Source: Sphagnum compactum (taxonomy: Eukaryota). From it: 64,000 nt of DNA. Of the stretch, positions 1-14,400 are shown one piece after another (position 1 is the stretch's first letter; every line of letters begins with the position of its first letter). The position numbers were made by a program, and so were the translations under genes. The notes below the pieces were generated by a model that searched no databases, had not been told where the DNA came from, and was given only the letters and a program-made list of their open reading frames with translations. The stretch lies in the NCBI GenBank assembly GCA_965153455.1, contig OZ234493.1, positions 24,666,213-24,730,212 of the forward strand, written 5' to 3'.

Positions 1-387
1 AAACAAACATAAAAAAAAAAAAAAAGTAAGGAATGGAAACAAATGAAACAAGGAAAGGGAAATAAAGTAAAAAATTTACAAAATGAAGAAACCAAATAAA
101 GAGTCAAAAATTTTAAAAATAAAACTTATAATAATGAAGAAAAGCCCTACTTGAAAAAGAATGAGATGTATCTTCTTTCTCCAAACTTCAAACTTGCATC
201 CAAATAAACAAAAATATAAAAGTGAAAAAGAAACACTTTATTTTTATTATACAAAATAATAATAAAAACAAAAAACACATTCAAAAAAAGAGAAAGATAA
301 AAGTTTCTAAAAAATAATTAAAACATGAACCAAGTTTAAAGAGACCGGGGGACTTCACAGTGCCCGAAGGTCACAGGTACCCACTAG
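1..387 (+). mobile_element. 3' part of a non-autonomous Helitron-like element (5' part outside window)
   Basis: Ends in an imperfect hairpin GTGCCCGAAGGTCAC, then AGGTACCCA, then CTAG (384-387) followed by host T, the Helitron 3' signature. Bases 1-375 are the reverse complement of about 1427-1832. Confidence 0.7.
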
Positions 388-499
388 TTGATTAAAAATA
401 AACACAATTTTTTCCCAAAGAGCTCTCTATTCAACCTCAATGCACAAGTGACATCAAACTTGTGATGTAAATTTTTATTATCAATTTCTAAGATGTAAT

Positions 500-752
500 T
501 CGACAAAATTTGAAGATGAAGTGATTTAAGCAATTTTCAATTGCCAAATTTGTTTTAAAAAACAAAGTAAATTTTCACTTATTCCTACATTTGGTTTCAA
601 TGTGTAGTAAGACATATAGAAAGGTGATTAAAGATTTGTATTCCATATTTGGTTTATTGCCAAAATTTGATCAAATCTTCCTAAAGATGATGGCCATTTT
701 CTACATCTTCTTCACATGGGTGATCATCACTTTGGTTGTAAACAAAAATTCA
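500..752 (+). repeat. Dispersed short repeat family, copy 1 (related copies at about 30992-31142 and about 38605-38850)
   Basis: Shares blocks such as ATGAAGTGATTT, ATTTGG..GTAG(C)CA..ATATAGAA and GATGAT..CCACTTTGG with the other two copies. Confidence 0.55.
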
Positions 753-1046
753 TAATATCATTATGAAGTTTCTTATGAAGAAATTTGGGGCAAAAAACTT
801 CAAAAGATTATCAATATTGGCAAGTATGTAGATTGTAATCTATTACCCAAGGTCCTAATAAAGGTGAGCGAGTTTTTTAAAATTTAAATGTATTAGGTGG
901 ATAAAGGATTTTAGGTTTTGACAAACTTCCAAGTCAGGCTAGAGGAATATGTTCTTTGCAATTTCCATCAATTTGAAGAAGGTAAATGACCATGTTTAAT
1001 TTGATTCACACAATGTGAGTTGAATTTCCTTACCATTTATTTTAAA

Positions 1047-2663
1047 CTAGTGGGTACTCGTGACCTTTGGACATTGTGACATATGACATCAGTTTCTCTT
1101 CTATTAACAATATTACGAACTCTATACATAACAAAACAACATAATTCAAAATGTTTATTTTTTAAAAAAGGTGTAATTTGCAAGTCTAAGTTCAAATAAT
1201 TTGATGAAAATTTCAACAAACCTTGTCATACTTGCAACATAAAAAAATTAAAAAATAAACTCATGAACATGTGTGAAAACTAAATCTTTAAAAATAAATA
1301 TATTGATTATTCGATAGTTACTTGCTGAACCCAATCACAGCCTATGATATATCATCCCTCCCCCAAATTACACATACCCACTAAAGCGCCCCCAACATAC
1401 AACCCAAGGAGAACGACCGGACGGCAGTGACCTTCGGGCACTGTGAAGTCCCCCGATTTCTTTAAACTTGGTTCATGTTAGTTTTTTCTAGAAACTTTAA
1501 AAAAAAATTTTTTTTTTATGTGTTTTCTGTTTTTATTATTATTTTGTATAATAAAAATAAAGAGTTTCTTTTTCACTTTTATATTTTTGTTTATTTGGAT
1601 GCAAGTTTGAAGTTTAGAGAAAGAAGACACACCTCATTCTTTTTCAAGCAGGGTTTTTCTTCATTATTATAAGTTTTATTTTTTCTTATTTTTTACTCTT
1701 GATTTGGTTTCTTCATTTTTGTAAAATTTTTTCTTTTAAAATTATTTTACTGTATTTCCCTTTCCTTGTTTCATTTGTTTCCATCCTTTTTTATAGTTTT
1801 TGAGTTTTTACTTTTTTTTTTATGTTTGTTTCATGCTTTAATTTTTTCTATTCTTATTTTGTCTATCTCCATTTTTTTTTAAAATTATGCATTTATTTAT
1901 TTATTTATTTTGTTTCTATTTTCTTTTTCAAAAAGATTCTAGTTTTTTTAATATGTTTTGTAATGAAAATAATTTTTAAAAACTTTTGTATTTTTGTTTG
2001 ATTAGATACAGGTTTGAAGTTTGGAAAAAGAAGACAAACCTCTTTTTTTTTTTCAAGTATGGTTTTTTTTCTCTTTCTTTTGCTGTCTATTTTGTTTTTC
2101 ATTTTTCGTCATCTATTTTTAAATTTTCTTTTAAGATTATTTTACTGTATTTTCCTTTTTTGTTTCATGTTTAAATATATTTATTTTATATTTTTTCATT
2201 TTTTTTCTATTTTTAAGTGTTTTAAAAAAGTTTCTAACTGTTAAAGTGTTTTTCTGTTTTTTTTTTCTAGCTTTTTCCCTTAAAAAAAAATATTTGTTCT
2301 GTTTTTTTCTTTTTTGTTACAACTTTGTTTCATTTTATTTATTTGTTAATAACTTTTTTTTTCTTTTTTAATTTGAAATTTCTTGTGTTGTTTTAAAAAG
2401 ATTTCTTCTCTTATTTCTCATTTTTTTTTCAACAATTTTTAGTTTTTTAAAATTAGTTTGTAGCTTTTGGCAAATTGCAAGACTATAGGAATTTTTCATA
2501 AACTACAGGATTGGATCACATGAACATGTGGATAAACTGCTGCCGCCGCCATGAGTCGTCCTCCTCCTCCTCTTCCATCATCTTTTTCTTCTAGGATGAA
2601 AAACTTGGATGACGGGACGGATGGATGGAAAGGACGACCACCCAAGGATATTATATAAGTAGA
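1047..2663 (-). mobile_element. Non-autonomous Helitron-like element, about 1.6 kb
   Basis: Minus strand begins A|TCTACTTATATAATATCC (5' TC at 2663) and ends ...TGTCCAAAGGTCACGAGTACCCA-CTAG|T (1047). It sits between host A and T with no TSD and has an AT-rich non-coding interior. Confidence 0.75.
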
Positions 2664-5600
2664 TGTGTACTATGGATAGAAGTGAATGAATTCAAGGTGA
2701 AAGGTAGGGTAAATCAAAATATGGATAGCATGTACAGGTATGACCCATTAACAATTGGATCAAGGCAATTTTTAGTCATGGACATGTGATTTTAATATAA
2801 GAAGGGTGAAATGAAAACCCTTCAACAAAACTAGTACAATTTATCCAAAGCATTCTATAATGGCATATAGTAACACATTTTAAAAAGGTTTGAAAGGTTA
2901 CAACTAGGTGGCCACTAGTTGGATTTTTTGCATTTGGCCAAAAAACTCCATTTGGTGCCCACCAAGTGGATTGTTTGCCTCTAGTCAACATGTCTTGATG
3001 GAAAATAAGTTTAGAAAATATTAATTAATTAATTAATTAATTAATCTATTTATTTTTTAATATCCTGACATGTAGGATGTTGATTGAATTTTTTCAATCA
3101 AATTGATCACAATTCATTTCAATTATCCTTAGTCATTAAAATATTATGCCAAAAAAGATTGGTTTGTTTTGACTAAAAACAAACTTGTCCTTGGTTTGAT
3201 TATATTAAATTTTCAATCATAAAGCCTAGCATAAAAGCATATAGAATGTGTTATAGTGTGGATTTTTCAAGATGGAAGAACTTTCGAAACCTTGAATGTT
3301 CACGAAGGTCTGATTAAAAAATTAGTTTTGCGAGCATTTGGATTTGATAGTTCATATATTTTCATAACATTCTATACCATGAATACATTTTTTTAACAAT
3401 GCCATCACAACTTGAATTGATGAGAAAACAAGGAGAGGTCTTCTAGCTTGATGTCTTTTAGTTTCTAGGGCTCATTATTGTTTTGTAAATGGAAAGTTCT
3501 ACGTGTTTGAAGCATTATGGCTATTTCATGGTGTAGTCCATGAGAATTTTTCCATGCCCAAGCCCATAGACCCTTATTGTAGAAATTGCTTACATGCTGA
3601 ATAGTTAGTATTTATATGTAATCTAAGTTTCAACTATAAGCTTGTAACTTAAGCCATTGGCCAAGAGTTTTTAATCATTTGCCAAGTTTTGCCACTTCAA
3701 TTCTCCCACCAAAGGTTTCACACAAATGTGTTTTTTTAGTGTGGCCTACATTTTATTCAAATTCTCTCAAAATTGAAATAACCATTATTCACACACACAA
3801 TGCAACATGCAATAGCCCAAATACACCACCCATCCAAAAGGAGAAAATAGCCATAATATGTTATTTCTGTATAGCCAAAGGATAACTAGGCATGCAATTG
3901 TAGCAACTTGGGGAAAGTCCGTGAAACCCATTTTGTACCTATTGACTGAAATTATTATTATTATCTAGAGTAGGCAAATACATATTGTAAAGAGATATTA
4001 CCAAAATCTTACCAAATAAATTTCATTAAATCCTTCTCATCAACATCTTTCGACCGACACCAAAGGCACATTCCAATTCCTCCTAAATTTTCAGCTATGA
4101 TTTAATCTAATTTTCAAGGAAGAAATCTTTCAATATTCAAGAACTTCTGCACCGCAAGTCCAAACCTCATGGTTGTTTTGGTTTTTTTTTTTTTTAAATG
4201 CTATTCCCAATGTGTTCCTCAAGATGTTCCCAATAGCACCTATCACCATATGCTTTGCCCAAAGCTGTGTGCTCTTTCACCTATATATATAGGTGGGCCA
4301 AAGGGGGAGGCACTTCACCTTCCAATAGAAACTCCTATGTCGGGGAACCTTCAAGGTTTCAGTTTTGTTTGTGATGGGAAGGGAAAAGATATAAAGAGTT
4401 GAACTTGGAAGATACCCCTATTTAATTTGGGCCCCGCACTATTGTGAACTACTAGCAACAATCAACTTTTGTTTTTCCTTATGTTTTCATATGACTTCCA
4501 ATAATTCATCATTATTTATGTCAATGTCAAATTTAATTTAAATTAATCTAAATATCATGGAATTGAAAAGAGACGTGTTAAATATTTTTTCTTTCATATC
4601 CATGTTGGTGAGTAGAAAAAAAAAGAGTAAGACAATTGTAAAGATGGAGGTAGTTAGTAGGAAAAAAAGACTGAAATAATTATTGGACTTGGAAATGAGG
4701 TAGCTAGTCTTTGGAATTGTCCAAGGAGGATGACGATATGATAAATTCCAAAAAATCATCCATATACCAGTTCCTCCAAATTTCTCATCACTGAAATTAA
4801 TAAAAAAAAAAGAATTAAGTACCTGAGATGAATAAGTATTCCTCTCCCATGGATAATAATGATTGTAACAAGTGCTCAATAAATCCTTTTACACACACAC
4901 ACACCAGCTTGAAACCCTTTGTCAATGAACTATTGTAGAAATACTCTCTCAAATTCATCATCACAAGTAATTCAGTCAGTGAAACATGTGTTTGAAAGCA
5001 CATCCAAGGAACTAGGAGGCCTCAAACAACAAAAGCTCCACAAGCCCTTTTTTTTTGCCCTATCGAGGTTTGGTTTTTTCCTTGAAAACTTCCTCCCACT
5101 CGCCTCACCCACCTACTTTCACCTACCTACTCACCCACCCATCTATTTACCTACTTACTTGCCCTTTCACCTTCCTATTTACCAAGCCTTTAGGTAGGTA
5201 CCTACCCAACCCCACCTACAAGGCTTCATCTACCTACCTGGTTACCATTTCCAATAGACCCTACAATTGTCAAAAATTGAAGGTATTGCATGGAGCTTGG
5301 ATTTGTTCACTCAAGCAAAATTAAGGGCATGATTAAACTACTTGTCACCATCTATATAAGGGTATTACAAATATGTATTGACTTGAAACATTATGTTTTA
5401 ATGATTTTTACAATATTACACAATTTTTTGAAAATCCACACCAAGTGAAATACGTTCATTAGTGTATTGCATTGAGTGCTAAAAAGATGTCTTCTGCTAT
5501 GATGGGGGTATTGCAATGTAGATGTCCAAGAAATATGGAACTCCATTTCAATTTTGGCATATTTGATGCATGTTGTACTTAGGTTCATAAAGCAACTAGG

Positions 5601-8600
5601 TTTAGATTTAGCAAATTGATTTGGCTATTTTAATGGTGTATTTAAGCAATGTGGATTATATTTAACAATATTATGTTCCTATAATTATTCATATTGTTTA
5701 ACACTAAGGTTTTTAAATTTCAGGTTATGTAGACAACAAACATTTATGAATTTTTGCACCTTTTAACCCACAAGACATTCTTGGGAATTTGGATTTGCAC
5801 ATTGATGCCACACAAGACACATTCATTTTTTTCTATTTTTTTCATTGGGCGTGGAAAAAGGCGATATGTATATTAAGGTTCATGGCATTTACCATTGGAT
5901 TTTTTTAAGGTTTAAGGTTTATTTATTTAGTGATATCCATGTTGCTCTATTTATGGGTGTGTATTCATTCAAAACCGTTATGAACATCAATGGGTTGACC
6001 CTTTAACATCAACAATACAATTTTTCTATTAATAATTTTCTTTCATTTATTGTTATTTGCTCATACTTGAAATATTTTGCTCCCCTTGGATGGGGATATG
6101 GGTAATCATAAAAATATCAATTTACATTAACAATGTACCACATTCGCACAAAGAACTCCCATGGTCAATGTGTTTCTATTGTTGGATGTGAGTATTGCAC
6201 ATTTTGATTGAAAGTTTTACAAATATTGAATTGATTTTCTTTTGAAAGAAAGGGAGTTTTTTTTTGCACAACACTAGATGGCCATAAGTTAGTTGGGTGT
6301 TTTTTCACCATTTGTAAACTATTTCTTGTTTATGGGTTATGGTAGTGTCCATTTGTAAGGTTTAGTGGTTTTATTGATTTGGGTTATTACAATTTGTGAA
6401 CATGCAAAGGCATTTCATGAGTTTTTACAATAAATTGTGCAAAGATGTGGGTATTGCATTTTGATTATGTCCTACCTTTCAAAAATAATTTGGTCTTTTG
6501 CCTTAAATTGGGGACCTAGTATTATTACAAGGCCACTTCTTGGCATTACAACAAAAGGTGTCCCTATATGCTAAGTGATTTCATTGAATTTGAATGAAAT
6601 CACTAGTCGCAGTGAATGAGACCTAATGGAGATGCAATGAATTCACTAATCTAGTGAATGGGGATTAATGAATTGCACCCACATTTTGTAGTAGTGTGGA
6701 CAATTCAATGCATGGGGCAAACTTTGTTGTCCCAATCCATTAAAATCCAAAACATGGCAAGGTCATTCTTCTAGAATGTGGAATTGGTGTGTGAAGATGG
6801 GTTTAAGCATAAAAGCCAAAACAAGGTGGCAATGGAACTTGCATACATTGCCTATGTTCATGTATTTGAGTTTTTGTAAGGTGAACAAATAGATATGCAA
6901 ACTTTGGTTGAATGGAACATACAAAAGAAATTTTCCTTATAACAAGATGTAAAAAATTCAACAATAACAAATCATCTTAAACATATTTGGTATGATTTTC
7001 ATTGATCATTCTTGTAAAGTAAGGTTAATCACCCTTGTGTATTTTGATTTGAATCAATGGGATTAATTTTTTGTAAGTATCAATGTGGTTATGGGCCAAA
7101 GGACCACTTAGGAAACCGCAACCACATGAGGTCAATAAAACATGGTCATTTGATCCACTTTTCCATTAAAAGAATCACAAATTTAGCATCTCATGACTTA
7201 GTAATGGAAATCATGCAAAATTTATTCATTCACGATTTGTATGTCACGCACTAATATCATGCATCGAAAACACATTTTCCACAAATTTATAGGAAGATGT
7301 GGAATGTGTGTGACATTTGTTCATTCATAGGTTTTTACTTCAACCATCAACACATTTATCAATATGTCAAACGTGTTTTCAACACATGATATTCATATAT
7401 AAATTGTACAAACCTATGAATGAATGAACTTCGCATGATTTTCATTATTAATTCGTCACATGCTATATTAGTGATGGGGTTGTACACATGGCCCAATGTG
7501 GTCAAAATCACTTTCTACCATTAGGCCCACATTCAAACCAATCAAGATCTTGCCCATGGTGCATGTGACCCATAATCCATAGCACGGATGCCTTTTATAT
7601 GTTTTGTGCATGTCCCTAAAGTTAAAGGATTTTATATGGATTCAATTAGGGTTAGGGTACAAAATGAAACAAATCTATGACAAACATAAGGAAATTTGGT
7701 GGCACGAACGAATGTGGGAGAGCGGATGACCTAAGGTGATTGCTTTGGATTCCAGGACATTGCCTACTTGGATAGTACTATTGATAAAAGTTGTAGTCAA
7801 GCAATGAGGCCAGGCAAAATGTGATTTCAAAATATCCTTTGGAATAACACCACCATAGTCCCATATTGATAGAAAATGATAATGTTTGGGGAATATCAAA
7901 ATATAATGATTTTTTTGTGAAGGGCCAATCAAAGTGACTGATTGCAAAAAAATAAATTTAAGCTTTGGGATGCACCCACATCTAATTAATATGGATTTGC
8001 AAGAAGGTATAGGCATTAAGGGTATGTAATATATACACTTAACACACTCTCACACATTACACAAAACCATGTAAGTGTATTTGACAAATATTTACACTGA
8101 CCTCATGTAAGTGTAAAAATGTATATATACACGACAAGAATATAAATGTACAAGTAAAAAGTTCAGATGTGTACATGTAAATGATTTACATTTCCACAAG
8201 ATTTACATGCCGTATATATATGGCTGTAGACAATAACACACATGACACTGGTTTCCCCATTATGATTAAATGAAACTTTTTGCAACTGTTATTTTGTCTC
8301 TCTCCCTGTTTGTCCATTCTCTTTTTGTCTCTTATGATAACGAGAGAGAGAGAAATGAATGCATGCAAAAGATTGAGGGCAGTAATAAACAAAACTTTCA
8401 TGCAGCCCAATGAGAAGGATCCACATGCACACAGAGGTCTTTTTCTTTTTCATTTGGGGTTTCTTTCGGAGAGAGGGATTTTTTTGGTTCCTTTTCCGTT
8501 CCCAATGTATTCCCATCATGTTCCTAAAGTTACCCAATTGTTCTCAACTATGTTCCCAATGTCACCTCTATTGTGAGGAAAGCCACCTTTCACCCATCAA

Positions 8601-9575
8601 TGAAAAACTAACATGCAATTTGAGATCTGATAGTTTATGGCGTGGTGGCAAACATAGTTTCGGTGATCACTCATTAGATGCACTTCGTCATTATCGCCAT
8701 GGCAGCTGTTGTCACTCCCTCAATTGTCAGGGTACCCTTCCACCATACACATGGGAGGTCGAAAGTTGTTGATGGGTGTTGTGGAAGGATGCCTTGGCTA
8801 ATGGGGTAGGCCAAAAGCTGCCATGGCCATGTTGTTGAGATCTAATTGACATACCAATAACCCATCTTTTTTTGTGCAGATTATGCGACTGATAACAGAT
8901 TTCACTGTCCAAGATTCCTTTTTTATTCCCCTAGTGTGCCATTGTTGCCTATCCAAACATGATGCTCAAACTGGCTCCTTGCATATTGAGCAGCTCAAGC
9001 AACTGTTGGCTACTGTTCTCAGAACAGCCACAAGTGTAGCTGCCACAATTCTTTCTTCCTCTAAACTTTTGACAGCACTGCTTGATACCATGACTTGCTG
9101 CTCATCTTTAGCCAAGAGCGAAGTACTAATGACATTAGATTCAAATCCAAAAGTGGCCATGCACAGGACACTAAACACTATATGAGTTGTGGCGATAAGC
9201 AAGGGATAAGCCTCAGGGTCTCCAACGTGCTAACAATTAGCAATGGCTCAAGTCAGTTGCTAGTACCCTCATCACCTTCACATTAACATGACTGCTGCAT
9301 CTTCTATCTATAAGGAAGGCACAAGTGAGACAAGTGATTCAGTGCTGAGTCCTCATCAGTGGTCTTATCCTTCCTAATTGTGGCCATTCCAAGCCTCCAA
9401 CATTTTCCAACAAAATTGTTGAATTCCTGTGCTTGAAACAAAGATATTCAACCCAGGTTTTGACTCTGCCTTACCTCATGTCACCTCCTGAGAAGCCTTA
9501 TAGGTTTACATGCTAACGCCCTCTTTGTTGATAGTTGTGAATCCAATAGTTTGCTTGGAGCAGGTTGTATTGCAG

Positions 9576-11171
9576 CTACCGGATGGTGGAGCGCATACTG
9601 AACTCAACTGTGGTAAACTGAAATGGATGACCGATCACTGCATTTCTGCATCCTCAACCGAAACAGGATCAGAATCTCATCCATGAGTCATGAGACTCAT
9701 ACAGGTCTCTATTGCACCTACTTTGACTTGAATGCAAAAGCCATGCTAACAAGCAGGATCAATAAGCAAAGAACGCTACACAAAAGCGTTCTACCAGAGC
9801 AAACAAGCCTTTGTAACCTCACACAACTAAAACAGAGTGTTCTGCTATGAACTCTGACTGGTGGTGCTCAAGTGGAAACCCACTGTCGTGGCCCATAAAT
9901 TTTGATTTGTCGAATGTGAGTGTCCCTCCCATTTTGGTGGTTTGACAGGACAGCCAACTGCATGAAGAATGCCCGCAGAAAATCTCTGCATTCCAGGGAG
10001 TACACTTTTAACAGGCTTGAACAGAGGAATGTATACTACACATTGCCTATTCTCAGCAGAGACTCCAGTTAAAGTGCCACCAAAGACCACCTACACTAGT
10101 TCAAGGTTCAAGTTCCACAGAGAAATCCAGATCTGAGTTGTATGTTTCCTGAAAGATAGATTGCAACAACACAAAAGTAATTAAACTGTGAACTTACTTT
10201 GAATCATTTGGGAACAAGGAAATATAAATCCACCCTGCAGGCTCATCTAAATCCACCACCTTGATTTCCTGCATACCAAACACTCATTACTAAAACCACA
10301 AGAATATGCTCAAAGGATAACTCCTTTTGATCAATTCTTCCTCTTGTAAGGCAGGACAAACAGGGGCACGTGCACCACTCAAGCAATCAAAATGCCTGTC
10401 ATAGCAAACCCCCTCTCTGTCAAGATGCCCAAATTAAATGGCTGCCCAGAACCACAGAGCAAGGCAAAACATACAGAACCCTTCTTTGGAGCTCACATTA
10501 CATGTAACATACCCGTAGATCATGGAAAGAGTTACCGGCGCGAATTGATATTTTGTTAGGTGTATAACTTTCATCAACCTTGAAGTCAACATACATTGCA
10601 ACTTGCTGCATCCCACCTAGAAAGGAAATAGGTTAAAACCGTGGCCATTACACACTCAAATAAGGAAATGCTGAAGATTTAATCAAAAGTTTTTAGCACA
10701 AGTTTCAGTATTTTTCTATGTACCTGACTCTGGCCCCAATTATATCATGGTGCACTTGTTGTCCAGGGAATAATCGATTACCTGGAGTCTAACTTTCTTT
10801 TGAAACTGGATATTCACCAGATGCGGTTGTGCGCCATCCGATCTGCGCCAATGTCAGAACAATTACAGCCACGAAATGACATATCTATGAGACTGCAACC
10901 ATGAAGGGAAAATACGGAGGAGTGAAAAAATCGTTCAAGGATTATAGAGCAGCAGAATGAAGGAAGGAGACGACGAGGAAAAGGAGCAGGGAAGGATGTG
11001 TTCTTACTGCCAGTAGGTGCCAAGGTTGTTGTCGCGGAGCATTTCGACGCCATTACCAGGTTTATTGGAGCTGACGCTCCACACAGCCAGCTTCCCAATC
11101 TCGCGCTTCTCGCCATCATCTTCCTTATCCACATCCTCTTTCGTATCAACAGCTGCTGATACCTCCGGCAT
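9576..11171 (-). CDS. APC10: Anaphase-promoting complex subunit 10 (DOC1 domain), 186 aa, 6 coding exons
   Basis: Exons 11171-11008, 10842-10782, 10605-10513, 10268-10198, 9985-9884 and 9645-9576 are all GT-AG and phase-consistent (561 nt). The translation has the APC10 hallmarks [63 protein letters not shown] and a C-terminal IR tail. Confidence 0.97.
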
Positions 11172-11384
11172 AACTGGCCACTCCTTCTCCACCTGCCTCC
11201 CGGCGCACACGAAACACACCAACACAGTACACTTGTTCCTCACGGAGGCAAAACAACAAAACAAAACCTGAAATCTCGTCTACAAAATCTGACACAAACC
11301 AACTCCAGACCCACAATCTTCCGATAACAGGCAAGGAACAAAGCGACGAGACTACTGACTTTCGCGCCAACGCTTGGACGTAGC

Positions 11385-11453
11385 TTAGGGTTACCAGGAG
11401 CGTCGGAAATCCAGGCGCCTCTACGCCTTTCGCCACTCGTGGTTAACCCTAAT
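11385..11453 (-). promoter_or_regulatory. Telo-box-like motifs in the GC-rich APC10 promoter/5' UTR exon
   Basis: TTAGGGTT at about 11385 and AACCCTAA at about 11445. A candidate 5' UTR intron donor (AAA|GTCAGT, minus strand) lies near 11359. Confidence 0.45.
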
Positions 11454-14400
11454 TTCAAGGACGAAACCGGTGTTTACCCGCCGGGTCTTGATTTTCATTG
11501 GTACCCGTCAAGTCCGGGTCTAGGTTTTTTAATAAAACGAAACACCTTCTTAATATTCTTGAATTTTTAAGAGAAGTTTTCCACTTTTTTTTCTTTTCTT
11601 TTTTTTTTTTTTTCCTAAATCGACGGATTCCGGTTTGAGGGGGTCTAATCCAGTGTCGACCGGTTATTCCAAAAGACCCGGATATCAATAAATGTATCAA
11701 CCTGATTATCATCCAGGTGGGTAGAAAACTAACTGTGTGGTTACTCAGCAGTTGGAGTCCTTTAGCAGATTCAATGCCAATCAGAATTCTATGGGGTTTG
11801 AATACCCTAGCCTAGGGTCAGTTTCCACATTGACAAAACAAATAATTATTTATTTTCAAAAAAATAATTCTTTTTTAAAAATTCAGAATTATTGAATTTT
11901 CCATTATCTATTATGATATTGTCACATAAGTAATGTAATTATTCAAAGTGTAGCCTATGATAATTACGATGATTTTTAACATGCTTGCAAATTTGAAATT
12001 TTGTTAAATTTTTTGCATTAGTGCTCCTATAACTTAAGAAGGGGTTCGGAATTATGAAGGTCATTTTTGATTAAATATCTTTTAGCACATTGATAGATTA
12101 TCCAACTATATTATAACATAACATTTATAATATTCCCACATATATAATCCTCCCAAATATGAAATCTTACATTCTTTGAAAATAATATCATTCACATGTT
12201 TAAATTTGAATTTTTATGTAAAAACTACACCTCAAAAGGGAATTCATCAAACATGCACAAAGATCTTCATTTATGGAAATCACTCACAAAAGACCATAAG
12301 GTTTTCATAATAATATCGACAATAATCTTCACATTATGTTTATTTCCTCAAAACTTCCTTTTCACATGTAATATTTTTACAAGTCTTGATAACAATTAAC
12401 AACATCAAATTATTGACTACAAATTATGAACCTAAAGCTCTAATTATGACCCCTTATATACGTAAAAGAACAAAATGAATGAATAGTTAATCTCATTCAT
12501 TTACATCTATTCCCCATTTATCATCTTTTTATGTCAAAATAATTATCACATGTCACTTATAATTTTTCATCCTTTTATAAATAGATATTACATCATTTGA
12601 AGTTTCAAATTTAATCAAGTCTACTTACTTAATCTCCTATTATTATTAACCCAAAATAGTTATTTAAATTATTCATAAATTAAACCTTATGCCCCTAGTC
12701 GAATGACTCTTATTATAAGGCCCATGAAACTCATTATTTTATTTCGCATGTTTCTCCATACTATTACCCCAAGTCATAATAATATTATTTGTAATTACAA
12801 TTCCTAATAATTATTTTGTTGTTATAGTCCATGTCACCTAGATAATGGTGCACATTTCCAAGTTTAGAACTAATTTGTTGAAATGGTGTGAATTTAAGCA
12901 AATGCAACAAATTTTTTGCATGTCTCATATTTGGAACGTCTATTGATAAGGTGTACCAAACATTGTTTACAGGTGAAATGTGTTTGATGTAGATTTATTT
13001 TTAAAGGTAAAACACCATTTATTTTTTAAGGTCATATCTCCTTTTTTTTTTATGGAATTGAGTGATCTTAAAGGTTATTGGAATGCCTAAATAACCTAGA
13101 CATTTCATTTATGGACTCAAAGATCAATAGAGCTCCATTGATCTCATGTTTCTACTCTAAATGTTTATGTGTTTAAGCACCAACCTACTTACCCTATGTG
13201 CATATTGGAGCTCTCGCAATTTCACATGGGAAGAACCCAAGTGTTGGCCATCTCAATGATGGAATCTTGGTTTTGATTTTAGGTTTCAAACATCCCAAAA
13301 GACAATAACTAAAGCTTATAGAATCAAAGAATTTCCTTAAACCAAGTATGTGTCTAACTTAAACTTATAACCAAATTTGTGCATCATTGAATATGTTTCA
13401 CAAGGAGGATTTGTGCATTTCTTGCATTTCATCTTGAAAAAACAAAGAGATTTTGAAGTGACTCATGCAAATTCCACATGCTTCCATCGTTGTAACTTGT
13501 AAGGAAACCATGGGGGATAATGGGATTTGTATCCCATATCTTTTTGTCCATACTTTTATTGTTATAACCTTATAAGTAGAAGCACAAGAGGAGAATTTCA
13601 AATGATCTTGAAACTATTCACTAAACCAAAAAAATTATAAAGGGGACTTGGGTGGACTTATTGCCTATCTTAAAGAGGGCTTTAGACCAAGACCTTATAA
13701 AAAAGGTTTTAAGATTAATAGGCTAGTTTTAGGGTTGGGTTTAATTGATCTTAACATTTCATAGGTTACGTGTAAGTCTAGGTTTTAATAGTAGGGCTTT
13801 CACTCCAAGTGGGTGTTTTATAGGGTCTTGTCCTATTTGGATTTGTTTGGCTTGATTCTTGGCCTGGTTCTTAGGGTCAGATCACATTTGGAACCACCTA
13901 GAAATTTAGCATTAACCAACACTAGACAAAACCTAATCATTGGTCAAAGTTTTAAAAAGGGCAACACATACCACAAATAATAATGGCCCCCTAAAAACCT
14001 TGTCATGTAACTTGCAAATTCTCTCACAATGTTGACCAATTCTACTATGTAAGGTGCCATCCTCTAAATTGGTAAATCCTTATATGTAAGGTAATGTCCA
14101 AAGAGCTAATTAACATTCTCAAAATAAGAGCCCACCCAAGATAGAGCCAAGGTTCCCGACTCTAAGGGCATTAAATACTTGTCACAACACTAATGATGTT
14201 TTTTTTTGTTTTTCTCACATGTGATACCTACGATACATTCACATTGACGTTAAGGTAGTGTTAAATGACAATCTAAATGGCATCCTAGGTGACACATAAT
14301 GTTAAACAGGTGATAGCTTAATGTTAAGTGAAGGATAGATGCAACCTATGATGACTCACTTTTGTGACAAAACGATGTTTTTTCCTTGGGTACCTTTTAT

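Noticed and set aside
8700-9300. Short ORFs downstream of APC10 as another gene
   Set aside because: No recognisable motifs or consistent splice structure; this may be 3' UTR.
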